Below the pieces are notes generated by a model, which worked only from the letters and a program-made list of their open reading frames with translations, searched no databases and had not been told where the DNA came from. Made by a program: the position numbers and the translations under genes. A DNA stretch of 64,000 bases, from assembly GCF_009914755.1 (NCBI RefSeq), contig NC_060926.1; one strand, 5' to 3'. Origin of the DNA: the human T2T-CHM13v2.0 reference genome, Homo sapiens. How positions within the stretch are numbered: the stretch's first letter is position 1; every line of letters begins with the position of its first letter. Shown here piece after piece: positions 24,781-35,220 of the stretch.

Positions 24781-27189
24781 TGACAACTTCACTGTTGAGG
24801 AGTTCCCAGTCCCCAGCCACAGAGACAAGATTAGCAGAGATTATCTCTCATGGGGCAGAGGAGAATATGGGGGGAAATATGGGCTTTGGGGTCACCCAGA
24901 CCTAACTTGTGCTCTCCTATCTCTTTGTCCTGAGCCGTTACAATAGCTCTCAGTGCCTCTCTTTTCTTATCTGCAAAATGGGCTTATCATAATACATGCC
25001 TGGCAAAATGTGTTAAGATAGCTCATGCCTGAGAGCCAGGTTTATATTAAGACTTTATTGGATGGCGACAAAACTGGTGCCCAGCAAGGGGGCCTGCCAG
25101 ATAATTCATCAGGGTCCCAGGCATTATCCATGGACAGAATATATTCTCTCACACGCACTTGTCTGCATGGTTTTGAAATGTAAACAGAGGCTATTGCAAT
25201 AAATGAAATAAATTCTTGCCAAGACACTAGTGAATTCATTTCCTCTCAGCCAATGGATTCTAAGAGGCCAAAAAGGAGAAGTGAAAATTTTGTTTTAGCA
25301 CTACATAAGGCTTCTCGTACTTGCAGCCAAAGAGGTCAGAGATTTGGTCCCAAGACCAACTTAGAGTCATGTGTGACACTGGGATTCAGAGGCTAGTTGT
25401 GGGCCACAGGGAGGAAGCTGACCCCTGGGCTCACCCAGCCCACCCACTCACCAGCTCTCCTTTCCTTCCTGGGTCTCTTGGGGAGGAGAAGCCATTCACC
25501 TCATGGAAAGTGCTTTAGAGGCTCCTCTGTGGGTGCCCTACTCTGCACCCTTTGCGGGGACTCTCTGCTTCAGTTCGCAGGACAACCTTAATAGCTAACT
25601 GCAGAGAGGACTGAATGGTTAAGTAGCTCCTCCAAGGAAGCAGAGCCAAGTATCAGAGGCCGGTTTCCATCCAGGGATTGAGAGAAGAATCAGGAGCACA
25701 TAGGCTGTGGCAGTAAAAAGCAGATCCCAAAGACAGTATAGGGCGGTTCGAAAGGGGCCTTCCTATATAGCCACCACCACGTGCTCCGGCGCTACCTCCA
25801 GGGGGCTGGGCGCAGCTGGAGGACACAGTTCGGCAGCTTGCTAGAAGCCTCCAGCTCTTCCTTTTCTGTATCCTTCAGGTGACTGTGGAAGGCTGGCCGT
25901 GCAGCCTGCCATCAGCCTGGCCTCAGCCGGGGAGGGGGACCTTTCTCCTGGAGGCCACAGAAACACTGAGGACCTCTCAGCTGAGAAGGTCAGATGGAGG
26001 TGCTGGATGATTGAAGGAGGAGATCAAACTGATGAGGAAAACGCAAATGGCATCCTTCAGGAGCAAAAGCTGTCTCCTCTTTTACTTCACATGTCCACCC
26101 AGCAGCTCTATGAGTTCTGATTCAGCATTACACTTACCACCCACCCTCCCCGCCTTTTACAGAAAAGGAAACTGAGGCTCCGAGGTTGCGGAGTTGCTTG
26201 CTCCAGCTGATGACAAAGGCAGGTAAAGCCAGGGCTAGAGTCCCTTCCCAGCCCTCCAACTGCCGTTAGCGCCATGATCCTACAGCCTCCTCAAAGTCCA
26301 GTCAGGCAAACTCTTGCCCTTGTTTCCATTAAACACATATCTTCATCTTTTTCGTACTTTTAATAATAGCAGGAAGTAAATCTGGCCATGTAATGTGAGA
26401 AAGGTAATAGTCCCAGGTCAGGAAATCCTGTTGCTTGGAGTCTCTTGGGAATGTTAACTTTCCCACTCTCACCCTACCGGGATCCTGACCTCCTGCACAG
26501 TTGGCTTCCTCAGGCAAAACTGGGCCAGAAATTCTGGGCCGTTGGCCAGAGTCAGACCTTCGTCCTCTGGTAGCGTCCGCTGGAAAAGAGGAGGCGAGAG
26601 TCACCAGGAGGCTGGCCCCACTCGCAGGCCCTGCCCTCTGCCGGTGGGTCCTATGGATGACACGAGGCCGCACTGGGCTGGAGAAGAAGAGAAGCTCCTG
26701 AGACACGCCCACTCTGCAGAGGGAGGCAACCGCACAGGTAATCCATCCTCTCTAGGCTTTTCTGTTCCCGTGCAGTAAGTGAAGTGAAGCAAGGTGAAGA
26801 AGTGAAGTGAGCATTCAGGACATGAATTGGCACGTGGTCGGTGCTAGAGGAGCTGGCAAGGTAGACTCTGGTCTCTTCTGTGGTGCTGAAGCTGGGGAAA
26901 TAAGGAACAATCTCATCCACAGGCCAGACCTCCGGCGTGCTCGGGAGCTACTGACGGAAACTCCTAGGGAACTTCCCTTGTGGAAAGAACCTAAGCTCCG
27001 CCCACTCGGGCAGCTGAGGCCATTGATTCGTTCACTCATTCGCTGGACTATTTCTCCAGCCCATGATCTTATTTTATAACAAGTACAACATTCATTCATT
27101 TTTACACATAATTACCTCACTTATTCCATGGAAGAACCCTGCAAGTTTGATGGTTGTAGCATGCAATTATCGATGGTTGCTCATGCAAT

Positions 27190-27795
27190 TATTCATTCCT
27201 TCAACATGTAGCAATTGAGCTTCTTCAAATTGCCAGGCATGGGCAGGTGCCCAGAACACAGGCACAGTCCCAACCCTTGAGGAACCTACAGCCTGTTAGG
27301 AAGGCAGACCCTGATAAATAAACCATACAAGAAATTAGATCATTACAAGGCCAGGTGCAGTGACTCACGCCTATAATCCCAACATTTTGGAAGGCTGAGG
27401 CAGGAGGATTGCTTGAGCCCAGGAGTTCGAGATCAGCCTGGGCAACAGAGCAAGACCCTATCTCTAAAAAAAAAAAAAAAAAATTAATTAGCCAGGCATG
27501 GTGGTGTGCCTGTAGTCCCAGCTAGACATGGTGGTGTGCCCGTAGTCCCAGCTACTAGGGGGGCTGAGGCGAGAGGGTCGCTTGAGCCAAGAAGTTTGAG
27601 GTTGTACTGAGACATTGTCCTATGAGACCCTATTCCTAAAAAAGAAAAAAGAAAGAAAATAGTTAATTACAGTGACAAGAAGTGCTTCAAGGGAGAGGTG
27701 CTTGGTGTTAAGTGAGCCCCTAACAGAGAGACCTGATGAAGTCTGGGGTCTGTGAACACCTTCTTGAAGAGGTGACCTGTGAGCTGGGAACTGGC
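27190..27795 (-). mobile_element. L2 3' fragment interrupted by an AluJ
   Basis: attcattccttcaacatg (antisense L2 tail), ggcacagtcccaacccttgagga; resumes after the Alu with ccttcttgaagaggtgacctgtgagctg. Confidence 0.7.
27349..27655 (+). mobile_element. AluJ with internal 30-bp tandem duplication and right-arm deletion
   Basis: ggaggattgcttgagcccaggagttcgag (J-type). Duplicated unit 27491-27520 / 27521-27550. Decayed TSD aagaaattagatcattaca / aagaaaatagttaattaca. Confidence 0.93.
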
Positions 27796-28119
27796 AGGGG
27801 CTTTTTTCTCCAGTCTGGCACAGATCCCACCTGGGTCATTCATCCAGCATCAGTAAATTACATCACCCTCTGGCCCCTCTGGGTGCTGTGTTTGTGCTCC
27901 CACTTTATCATCCCATTGTGGCTGTCCTTTCTTTCGAGGTGCCAAACTTAGCTTGGATTTAGGGTTGTGGATGTGGTGTCTATCCTTGGAGGCAGATGTC
28001 TGTCTCCCAGACCATGATGTCTACTTTCTAAAAGTTCAGCACCTGGTTCTGATGCTCCACCAGGTTTGGGAATGTCTGCTGCAGAGATCTCAACCTCCTC
28101 TTCTCATATGAGTCCCCAG

Positions 28120-28580
28120 CAGAATGATAAGACACAGTTCCCATCCTCCAGGAACACGCAGCCCTGCAGGAAAGCAGTGTCATGGAACCATAATGTAACC
28201 TGATAAAGGTTTGCACAAGGTGCTAAAGAGGCACACAGGAGGATGCCCAACCCAGCCAAGGAATCAGAGAAGGACTCCTCCCTGGAGGAGGTGATGCCTG
28301 AGCTGAATCTGACAGAGTGAGAGGCAAAGAGAGGCAACATTCCAGGGAAAGACAGCAGTGGGTACAGAGACTCAGAAATGAAAGAGAGCAAGGTCCAGCC
28401 TAGGAACAAAAGGTAGTTCTGTGCAGCTGGAGAGTAAAGTGTAAAGGACACTTAACACAGCTGGGGGCATTCAGGAAGCCTTCCTGGAAGTGGTGCTCTA
28501 TGAAATGAGACAATCCAAAGAGCCAATGGGAGCTAGCCAGGGGGAGTAGGGGAAGGATATCATAGACACTGAAGAAGGGA
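28120..28580 (-). mobile_element. L2 fragments
   Basis: ataagacacagttcccatcctccagga, ggaatcagagaaggactcctccctggaggaggtgatgcctgagctgaatctga, cattccagggaaagacagcag. Confidence 0.75.
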
Positions 28581-28584
28581 ATTA

Positions 28585-29080
28585 TATTAACTAATAATGC
28601 TGCAAAACAAACCACTCCAAAACTTAGTAACTTAAAGTGATGATAATCATTTATTATCTCTTTTAGTTTCTGTGGATCAGGATTTGGGGAACAATCTGGA
28701 TAGTGGTTCTGGCTAGGGGTGTCTCAGAGTTACATTCACCTGTTGACTGGGCTTCCTGGGGCTGTGAGATGTGCTCACTCACAGGCCTGGCACACTGGTG
28801 CTGGCTGTTGGCGGGAGGCCTCAGTTCCTCATCCTGTCAGCCTCTCCACAGGGCTGCGCTCAGTGTTCTCACTGACAGGCAACCAGCTTCTGCTGGAGTG
28901 AGCGAGGCAAGAGACCAAGGAGAAAGCTGAAATGGCTTTTGTGACCCAGCCTCATAAGTCACAATTATTATTCCATTTGTCAGCTAGGTCAGTCCTGCTG
29001 CAACGTGAGAGGGGACCAGGGCCAGAACTAAGTGAGGCACTTGCTTGGGTGCAAAATTTAAAGGGGTAAAAAAAAGCCTC
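28585..29080 (-). mobile_element. MLT1F/G/H-type MaLR LTR
   Basis: gctgcaaaacaaaccactccaaaacttagtaacttaaa...tttctgtggatcaggatttgggga and ggctgttggcgggaggcctcagttcctc. Confidence 0.75.
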
Positions 29081-29493
29081 TGTGGTGAAAACAAGTAATA
29101 TTTTGAAAAATAAAAATGAATGTGAAAACATCCATGGCGACAAAATACCAATCTTTTAAATAAAGACAGGACCCAGCACAGCTGGGATTTGGGTGGGGCG
29201 AGTGAGGTGGGACAGGCAGGTATGAGGCTGGACCCTACCCATGTGCATGCATTCCAGGAGGCAGGGGTCATTGCAGGCCATCCTGGAGACTGGCTGGTAC
29301 AGGGACCAAGCTCTGGGAGGCACGGTCCTAGTTCAGAGCCTGTGAGTCTCCGACGCAGGTGGCCCAGGGGCAAGGAGGTGAGTGGCAGGGAAACCTGCTT
29401 CTCCATTGTGAGTCACCAATTGGAGAGGAAGAAATCCACGCACACCACAAACATAAATGGCAGCCTAATTTCCAGGGAATTCGGGTTGGATGT

Positions 29494-30008
29494 TGTATTC
29501 ATTTCTTAGAGCTACTGTAACAAATTATCACCAACTAAGTGAATTAGAACAACAGAAATGTATTCTTTCATAGACTCTGGGGGGTGGAAGTCTGCAGTCA
29601 AGGTGTCAGCAAGGTTAATAATGCTGTAAAACAGCAATAATCACCATATTATCATTATATGATTATCATATTATTATATGATTACTATAATAATATAATA
29701 ACATTATTACATCACTGTTATTATACTTCTGGGGCTTATGAAGACGAATCTGTTCCATGCCTCTCTCCTGGCTTCTGATGGCTGCAGGCAATCCCTGGGG
29801 TCCTTGGCTTGCAGACTCACCACTCCAACCTCTGCCTCTGTTGTCACAGAGTGTTCACCTCATGTGTTTGTGTCCAAATTTCTCTCATCTTATAAGGACA
29901 CCGATCATTGGATTAGAACCCACTCACATCCAATGTGAACTCATATTAATTTGGTTACTTTGGCAAAGACCCTACATATCTTTGGGAGACGCAATTTAAC
30001 CCACCACA
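29494..30008 (-). mobile_element. MLT1C-type MaLR solo LTR carrying an AT-rich insert
   Basis: tgtattcatttcttagagctactgtaacaaatt...gaatctgttccatgcctctctcctggcttctg...gacgcaatttaacccaccaca; TG...CA termini. Confidence 0.88.
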
Positions 30009-31047
30009 GTAGTATAAGGTTATTCGAATGGTGGATTCACTACATCATTGGAATTGGAAGGAAGACAAATATTTAAAAATTCACATTTCATGCATCTGCT
30101 TTTTAAAGCATGAACAGGAAGCATAAAGTGCTTTTGAATAAAAGTGAAAAAGCAATAAAATATCTACTTCCACTCTGTTATGAGCTGTCTGGGGACAGTG
30201 ACAGAGAATGCATGGATGAGGTGAAGGGGGATTCAGTCACCCAGAGACTGAGGCAGACAGTCAATCTCAGAGACACATCAAGCGAGAGGGGGAGACAGCA
30301 GCAAGGACCCTGAGGATGGGGCAGCCCCGAGGCCTCTAGGAGTCTGTCACCGGAGACTTCCAAAGCCCTGTTATGTTTTTGCAACAACAGGCACGCAGGA
30401 AGCGCTCTCCTTGGGGTGGAGGACATGGCAGGAATGGGACTGGCCTGATGGTTGGGGAGGCTCCTGGTCTGCACACTGTTGCTCAGAATTTATCAAGCAT
30501 ACTTTGATTGTCATCAAGAAAATGTCAATGTTGTGGTAAGTTGGAAGGGCTTGAAATGAATTTCAAGTTCAGTGATGGCAAATGGGTTTTCTCTCTGACA
30601 CCCTGCCTCCACTGCCAGCTGTCCTGAAGCACTGTGGGGAGAAGACTCCAGGCTCAGAGATCTGTGATTGATTAGCTATGTCTGCCTCAGGTGCAGGAAG
30701 GAGAGTGGCCCCTTTGCATATCTGCTCTTCTAGATCAAGCACAAATATTGTCTTTTGAGGGTGAGAAAATCGAGACCAAGTAGGAGAAAATAACGTGCCT
30801 GAGATGTTGCTAGTTCATGGCAGAGCACAGATATGGCCAGTTTCCCGTGCTCACTCCAGCCTGGACTGTGTTCTGCCATTCTCCATGCCAGCGAGGGGCA
30901 CCCACATCCATCCTGTGGCACAGAGTCACCCTCAGCACCTTCCCTCCCACTCCCACACATTCAATGGCCAATTCCTGTTCACTCCCCGCTTAACTTTCTT
31001 CTCTCCAGCCATCCACTTCTCTCCATTTCACCACCCTCCTCCTGGTC

Positions 31048-31259
31048 CAGGGTTCTAACAGGGGTCAATGCTGTCCACCAGAGGACTTCCAATAATGTCT
31101 GGAGACATTTTCAGTTGTCACAATTTTGGGGGGTTATACTGGTATCTAGTGGGTAGGGGCCAGAGATGCTGTTAAACATCCTGCGATGCACACGGCAGCC
31201 CCCCACAACAAAGAAGTGTCCAGCACTCCATGTCAGCAGTGCCGAGGCTGAGATATCTG
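31048..31259 (+). mobile_element. MER20 hAT-Charlie DNA transposon, full length
   Basis: aatgtctggagacattttcagttgtcacaa...ctagtgggtaggggccagagatgctgttaaacatcct...ccccacaacaaagaa. CAG...CTG ends; decayed 8-bp TSD tcctggtc / ccctagtc. Confidence 0.92.
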
Positions 31260-31882
31260 CCCTAGTCCAAGCCACCATTGTCTCTTGCCTAGACAGGCTC
31301 AAAGGACTTCCCACCAGCCTTCCTGCCCCATCTTGCCCCTACCATCCATTCTCTACCCAGAAGCTGGAATAATCTTAAAACATAAATCCTAATACTATAC
31401 TTGCACAGAGACCCTTGCTCCACACCACAGCTCGGTAGACCCTGAGCACTCTGGCCCCACCACCTCTCTGTATCCCCTCCTCTCACTTGCCCCACTGCTG
31501 TGTTCTCTCCCACTGGCCTGCTTTCAGGGCCCAGAGGTACCGCGCTTCTTCCTCCTTCAGGGCCCTTGCAAATGTTGCTCCCTGTGTTGGACACACCTAC
31601 CCTCAACCCCAATCTCTTTGCCTCATTGACTCTTGCTCTCCCTGCTGATCTCATCACTTCCTTACGGAAGCTTTTCTTCCCCTCCTGGCTGGCCTAGGTC
31701 CCTCTATGCCCTCTTCGTATTATGCATTATTATCTGTCACAGTACAGTACATGTCACAATACATGTATTTGTGAGATTGCTTGATGAATGTCTTCCAACT
31801 CCCATGTCAATGTAAGTCCCGGGGAGGCAGGAGCAGTATCTGCTTTAACCAATCTGTTTTCAGCATCTAATACTGTATCTGG

Positions 31883-32190
31883 TGCTGGGTGCAGTGGCTC
31901 ACACCTGTAATCCCAGCACTTTGGGAGGCCGAGGCGAGCAGATCACTTGGGGTCAGGAGTTTGAGACCAGCCTGGCCAACATGGTGAAACCCTGTCTCTA
32001 CTAAAAATACAAAAATTAGCTGGGCGTAGTGGCGGGCACCTGTAATCCCAGTTGCTCAGCAGGCTGAGGCAGGAGAATCACTTGAACCTGGGAGGCAGAG
32101 GTTGCAGTGAGCCAAGATTGTGCAGCTGCACTCCTGCACTTCAGCCTGGGCAACAGAAAAAGACTCCATCTCAAAAAAAAAAAAAAAAAA
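31883..32190 (+). mobile_element. AluS (Sz/Sx-like) full length
   Basis: Dimeric Alu with A-tail, inserted just before the L2 terminus. Confidence 0.96.
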
Positions 32191-32369
32191 TTTCCTGGAA
32201 CCTAGTAAGTTCTCAATAAATATTTGTTGAATGAATGAATGAATGAATGAACAACCTCAGGTCTCCAGACGCCTTGATCTTCTATTCACTCTATTACAAC
32301 CAGGGTCTCTCCTATTCCTCTTCTTTTCTATGTCTCTGCTTTTCACGCTTTTCCTTCTACCCATTATTT

Positions 32370-32535
32370 CTCTATTAACTGTAAACACACAGCAAATGGC
32401 TGCATGTAAGTGTTTATTGTGCTGATCAAATGTCATTCTTTGTTCTGAGAAACAAATTCAGTTGATTTTCTTATTTGCATATCCTTCTACTAATGTTGCC
32501 AGAAATGAAAAATAGTCAAATATAATGAGCTGTCA
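32370..32535. promoter_or_regulatory. Candidate enhancer (FOX/POU/STAT motif cluster)
   Basis: GTAAACA 32381, TGTTTAT 32411, TTCTGAGAA 32443, octamer ATTTGCAT 32473 in an AT-rich unique block. Motif-level evidence only. Confidence 0.45.
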
Positions 32536-32715
32536 ATGCTGGATGGACGCCTGGCTCTGCCTGAAGACAGGCACTGAACCAGGTGGCCTTGGCCTGGGAG
32601 TCAAAGTCAGTGGCCAATTGTTATCCAGCCCCAGCCCCAGGGGGGTTGCAGGTCCTGGCTCCACAGCAATGGAAGCTGGTCATTTCCTGGCTCTGCTCAG
32701 GGTTGGCACCTTCTC

Positions 32716-32797
32716 TCGAACTCCTGGCCTCACACAATCCCTCTATCTCAGCCTCCCAAAGCACTGGGATTACAGATGTGAGCCACTGTGCCCGGCC
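32716..32797 (-). mobile_element. 3'-truncated, tailless AluJ/FLAM 5' fragment with TSD
   Basis: About 82 nt from the Alu 5' end (ggccgggc) to the B box (ggagttcga), no poly-A. Flanked by gggttggcaccttctc (32700-32715) and gggctggcaccttctc (32799-32814). Confidence 0.88.
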
Positions 32798-33136
32798 TGG
32801 GCTGGCACCTTCTCAAGCTACAGGTCTTAGTCAAATGTCATTTCCTCAGTGAGACCCTCCCAGACCACCCATCTAAAGCTGTCCAAAGACCAAAAGCCCA
32901 ACTCAGGAAACAGTGCAGGGTTGGGAAGAGGTAGGGCCCTTGACATTCTGCAATTCTACGTTCTTCGATTCTACATTCTACAATTCTACGTTCTTCAGAG
33001 ATGTAGAATTCTTCATCTCTGCGCTTCTTGCTGCATGAGGTCATTAAATGTTTCTGTGGCTTAAGCCACTCTTAATCAGATGTCTTGTTATTTGCAGTTG
33101 AAGGTACTCTAACTGATGCATTTTTTTAAAACCACA

Positions 33137-33551
33137 TGTATTAGTCTGCTAGGGTTGTCATAACAAAGTACTACAGACTGGGAGCTTAAACAGCAGAAAT
33201 GTATCGTTGCACAGTTCTGGAGGCTGGAAGTCCTAGATGAGGTATTTGCAAAGCTGGTTGCTTCTGAGTCATGAGGAAAGGCTCTGTCCCAGGCCTTCTC
33301 CCTGGTTTGTAGGTGCCACCCTCCCTCTGTGTCTTCGCGTGGTCATCCCTATGTGTGTGTCTGTGTCCAAATGTCCTCTTCTTATAAGGACATCAGTCAT
33401 ATTGGATTATAGCCCACCCCAATGACCTCATTTTAATTTCATGACCTTTTGAAAGACTCTCTCTCCTAATGCAGTTATATTCTGAGCTACTGGGGTTTAG
33501 AACTGCAACCTACGAACAGGAGACAGGGAGGTCACAATTTAGCCCATAACA
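33137..33551 (-). mobile_element. MLT1B-type MaLR solo LTR
   Basis: tgtattagtctgctagggttgtcataacaaagtac...cacaatttagcccataaca. Perfect 5-bp TSD ccaca (33132-33136, 33552-33556). Confidence 0.92.
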
Positions 33552-35039
33552 CCACAGATCCAGAATTATTTTCTGTCAGCCAAAACCGGCTCCTGGGGCT
33601 GGAGACAGACAGGGCGTGGAGCCACCCACAGAGCAGGAATGGCTGTTGGGAGCCCGGGATGATGAGCTGACTGCCCAAGGTGAGGGAAGGCAGGAGACAA
33701 AGGTTCTCTCCAGGATTTAAATCTCAACAGCCAGTGGGGAAACACACCAATAAAGTTAAAAACCACCATCATAATAATAGCGGCCGCCCCTCATCCACAC
33801 CATGCAGTGGGCCCTGTGTGAGGGCCTCCTTGACGCTGTCTTTGACAGCCCTAGGACGGAGGCACTGTTCCTCACCCAATGACGAGGCTGAGCTCAGAGC
33901 TGTTCCTCACATGCCAAGGGTCACACGGCTGGGATGGCAGCCTCAGAGGTGCCTCTTTAATCTCCTTTTAAGAGAGAACTTGCCCTCAAGCAGCGGAGAG
34001 CACAGGAGCCACCAGGCTCCCTGCAGCACTTTCAGGACCCTCCTCCACTTCCCAGCCAAGACCCCGCATCCTGGGTAGCACTGGGCCACGGACTGAGCAG
34101 GGTGGGGCAGGGCACTAGGTCCTGCTACTTCTGCCCACGTGGGACTCTTCTGAGGGGGCATCCTTGCTCTGGATCTCCCTGTAAAGCTGGCCAAGAGGTT
34201 GGCATGTCTACACTGCAGTATCAGTGCCTCCTGCCCATCCCACTCCCCGTAGCCACTCCCCATAGTTCACAGGCACTATCTACAAGAAATCTTTCAGGTT
34301 CCTAAGTCAGTCTCAGTGCCTGCTTTCCAGAGGACCCAGCTGGCTCTGGCTGGGGAGGGCAGACCAGCATTAGGACCATGACCTCCCCCTAGGGATGCGT
34401 CACCACCTCTCCCATCACTGCTCAATCTGGAAGGCAAAGGCTAGAGGGTTTGAAGACAAGAATTGGAGCTGGGCCCTGTGAACCATGAAATGCGGAGCTG
34501 GTGGTCAATTTCACCTGGTCTAATGAGTGTGTGGCCCAGGCATCCAGGGCCAGGTACCAGGGAGGGCCAGCAGCATTGCCCAAGGCCAGCAGCTGCTTGG
34601 TGGTAGAGCAAGGCCAGAGTCCCAGGTCCTTGGACCCCATTTGAGCCCCTTACATGGGTGTGGACCTTCTGCCCAGCCAAAGTGACTCAGAACTGTGGCC
34701 CTGAGGTGTTTCTGAGGAGGGATGAGGCGGGATGGTGGAGGAGCCAAGGGCTCATCCCTCAGCTGCAAAGGCTGCAAGGACCCTTTAAGGCCTTCCACCA
34801 GGACCTCCTGACGATGGAGGGCAACCTGCCCCCAGGAGCAGAACTCAGACAGGCGGCTTATGCCCCTCTGCCCAGCCCTCATTGACTTTGCCACTCATCT
34901 AAAGTGGGCACAAAGCCATCTTCTTGCTGGGGAATTGGGAGTCTTCAAAAAGCTGGTGTGGAAAGAGCCCCCGCCTGAACCAGGACCCCTGTCCTTGCCC
35001 ATTCTGACAGTGCTGCCCAGAAACTCAAGTGCTGGCCTC

Positions 35040-35220
35040 ACCACACGCTGATTTATGACTGTGATGACCCGAGAACCCTCTGAAGGAGCCCTGGTACTTG
35101 GTTTATAGCCTTTACCATCTCCAGGGCTAATTAGTTTTATGGCCAACAGGAGAGAAGGGAGGTTTAGCGGCTTGACCTGTCTCTTTGGTTCAACAGCACA
35201 AAGTGCAGCTGTTTATTTTC
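35040..35220. promoter_or_regulatory. Candidate homeodomain-rich enhancer
   Basis: TGATTTATGAC 35049 (PBX-HOX), CTAATTAG 35127 abutting TTTTATGGCC 35135 (posterior HOX/CDX), TGTTTAT ~35210. Confidence 0.45.

Larger units (their letters stand above)
30950..32250 (+). mobile_element. L2a-type 3' end, split by MER20 and an AluS
   Basis: ccacttctctccat...caagccaccattgtctcttgcctagac, cagggcccttgcaaatgttgctccctg, and terminal ctcaataaatatttgttgaatgaatgaa. Confidence 0.85.
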
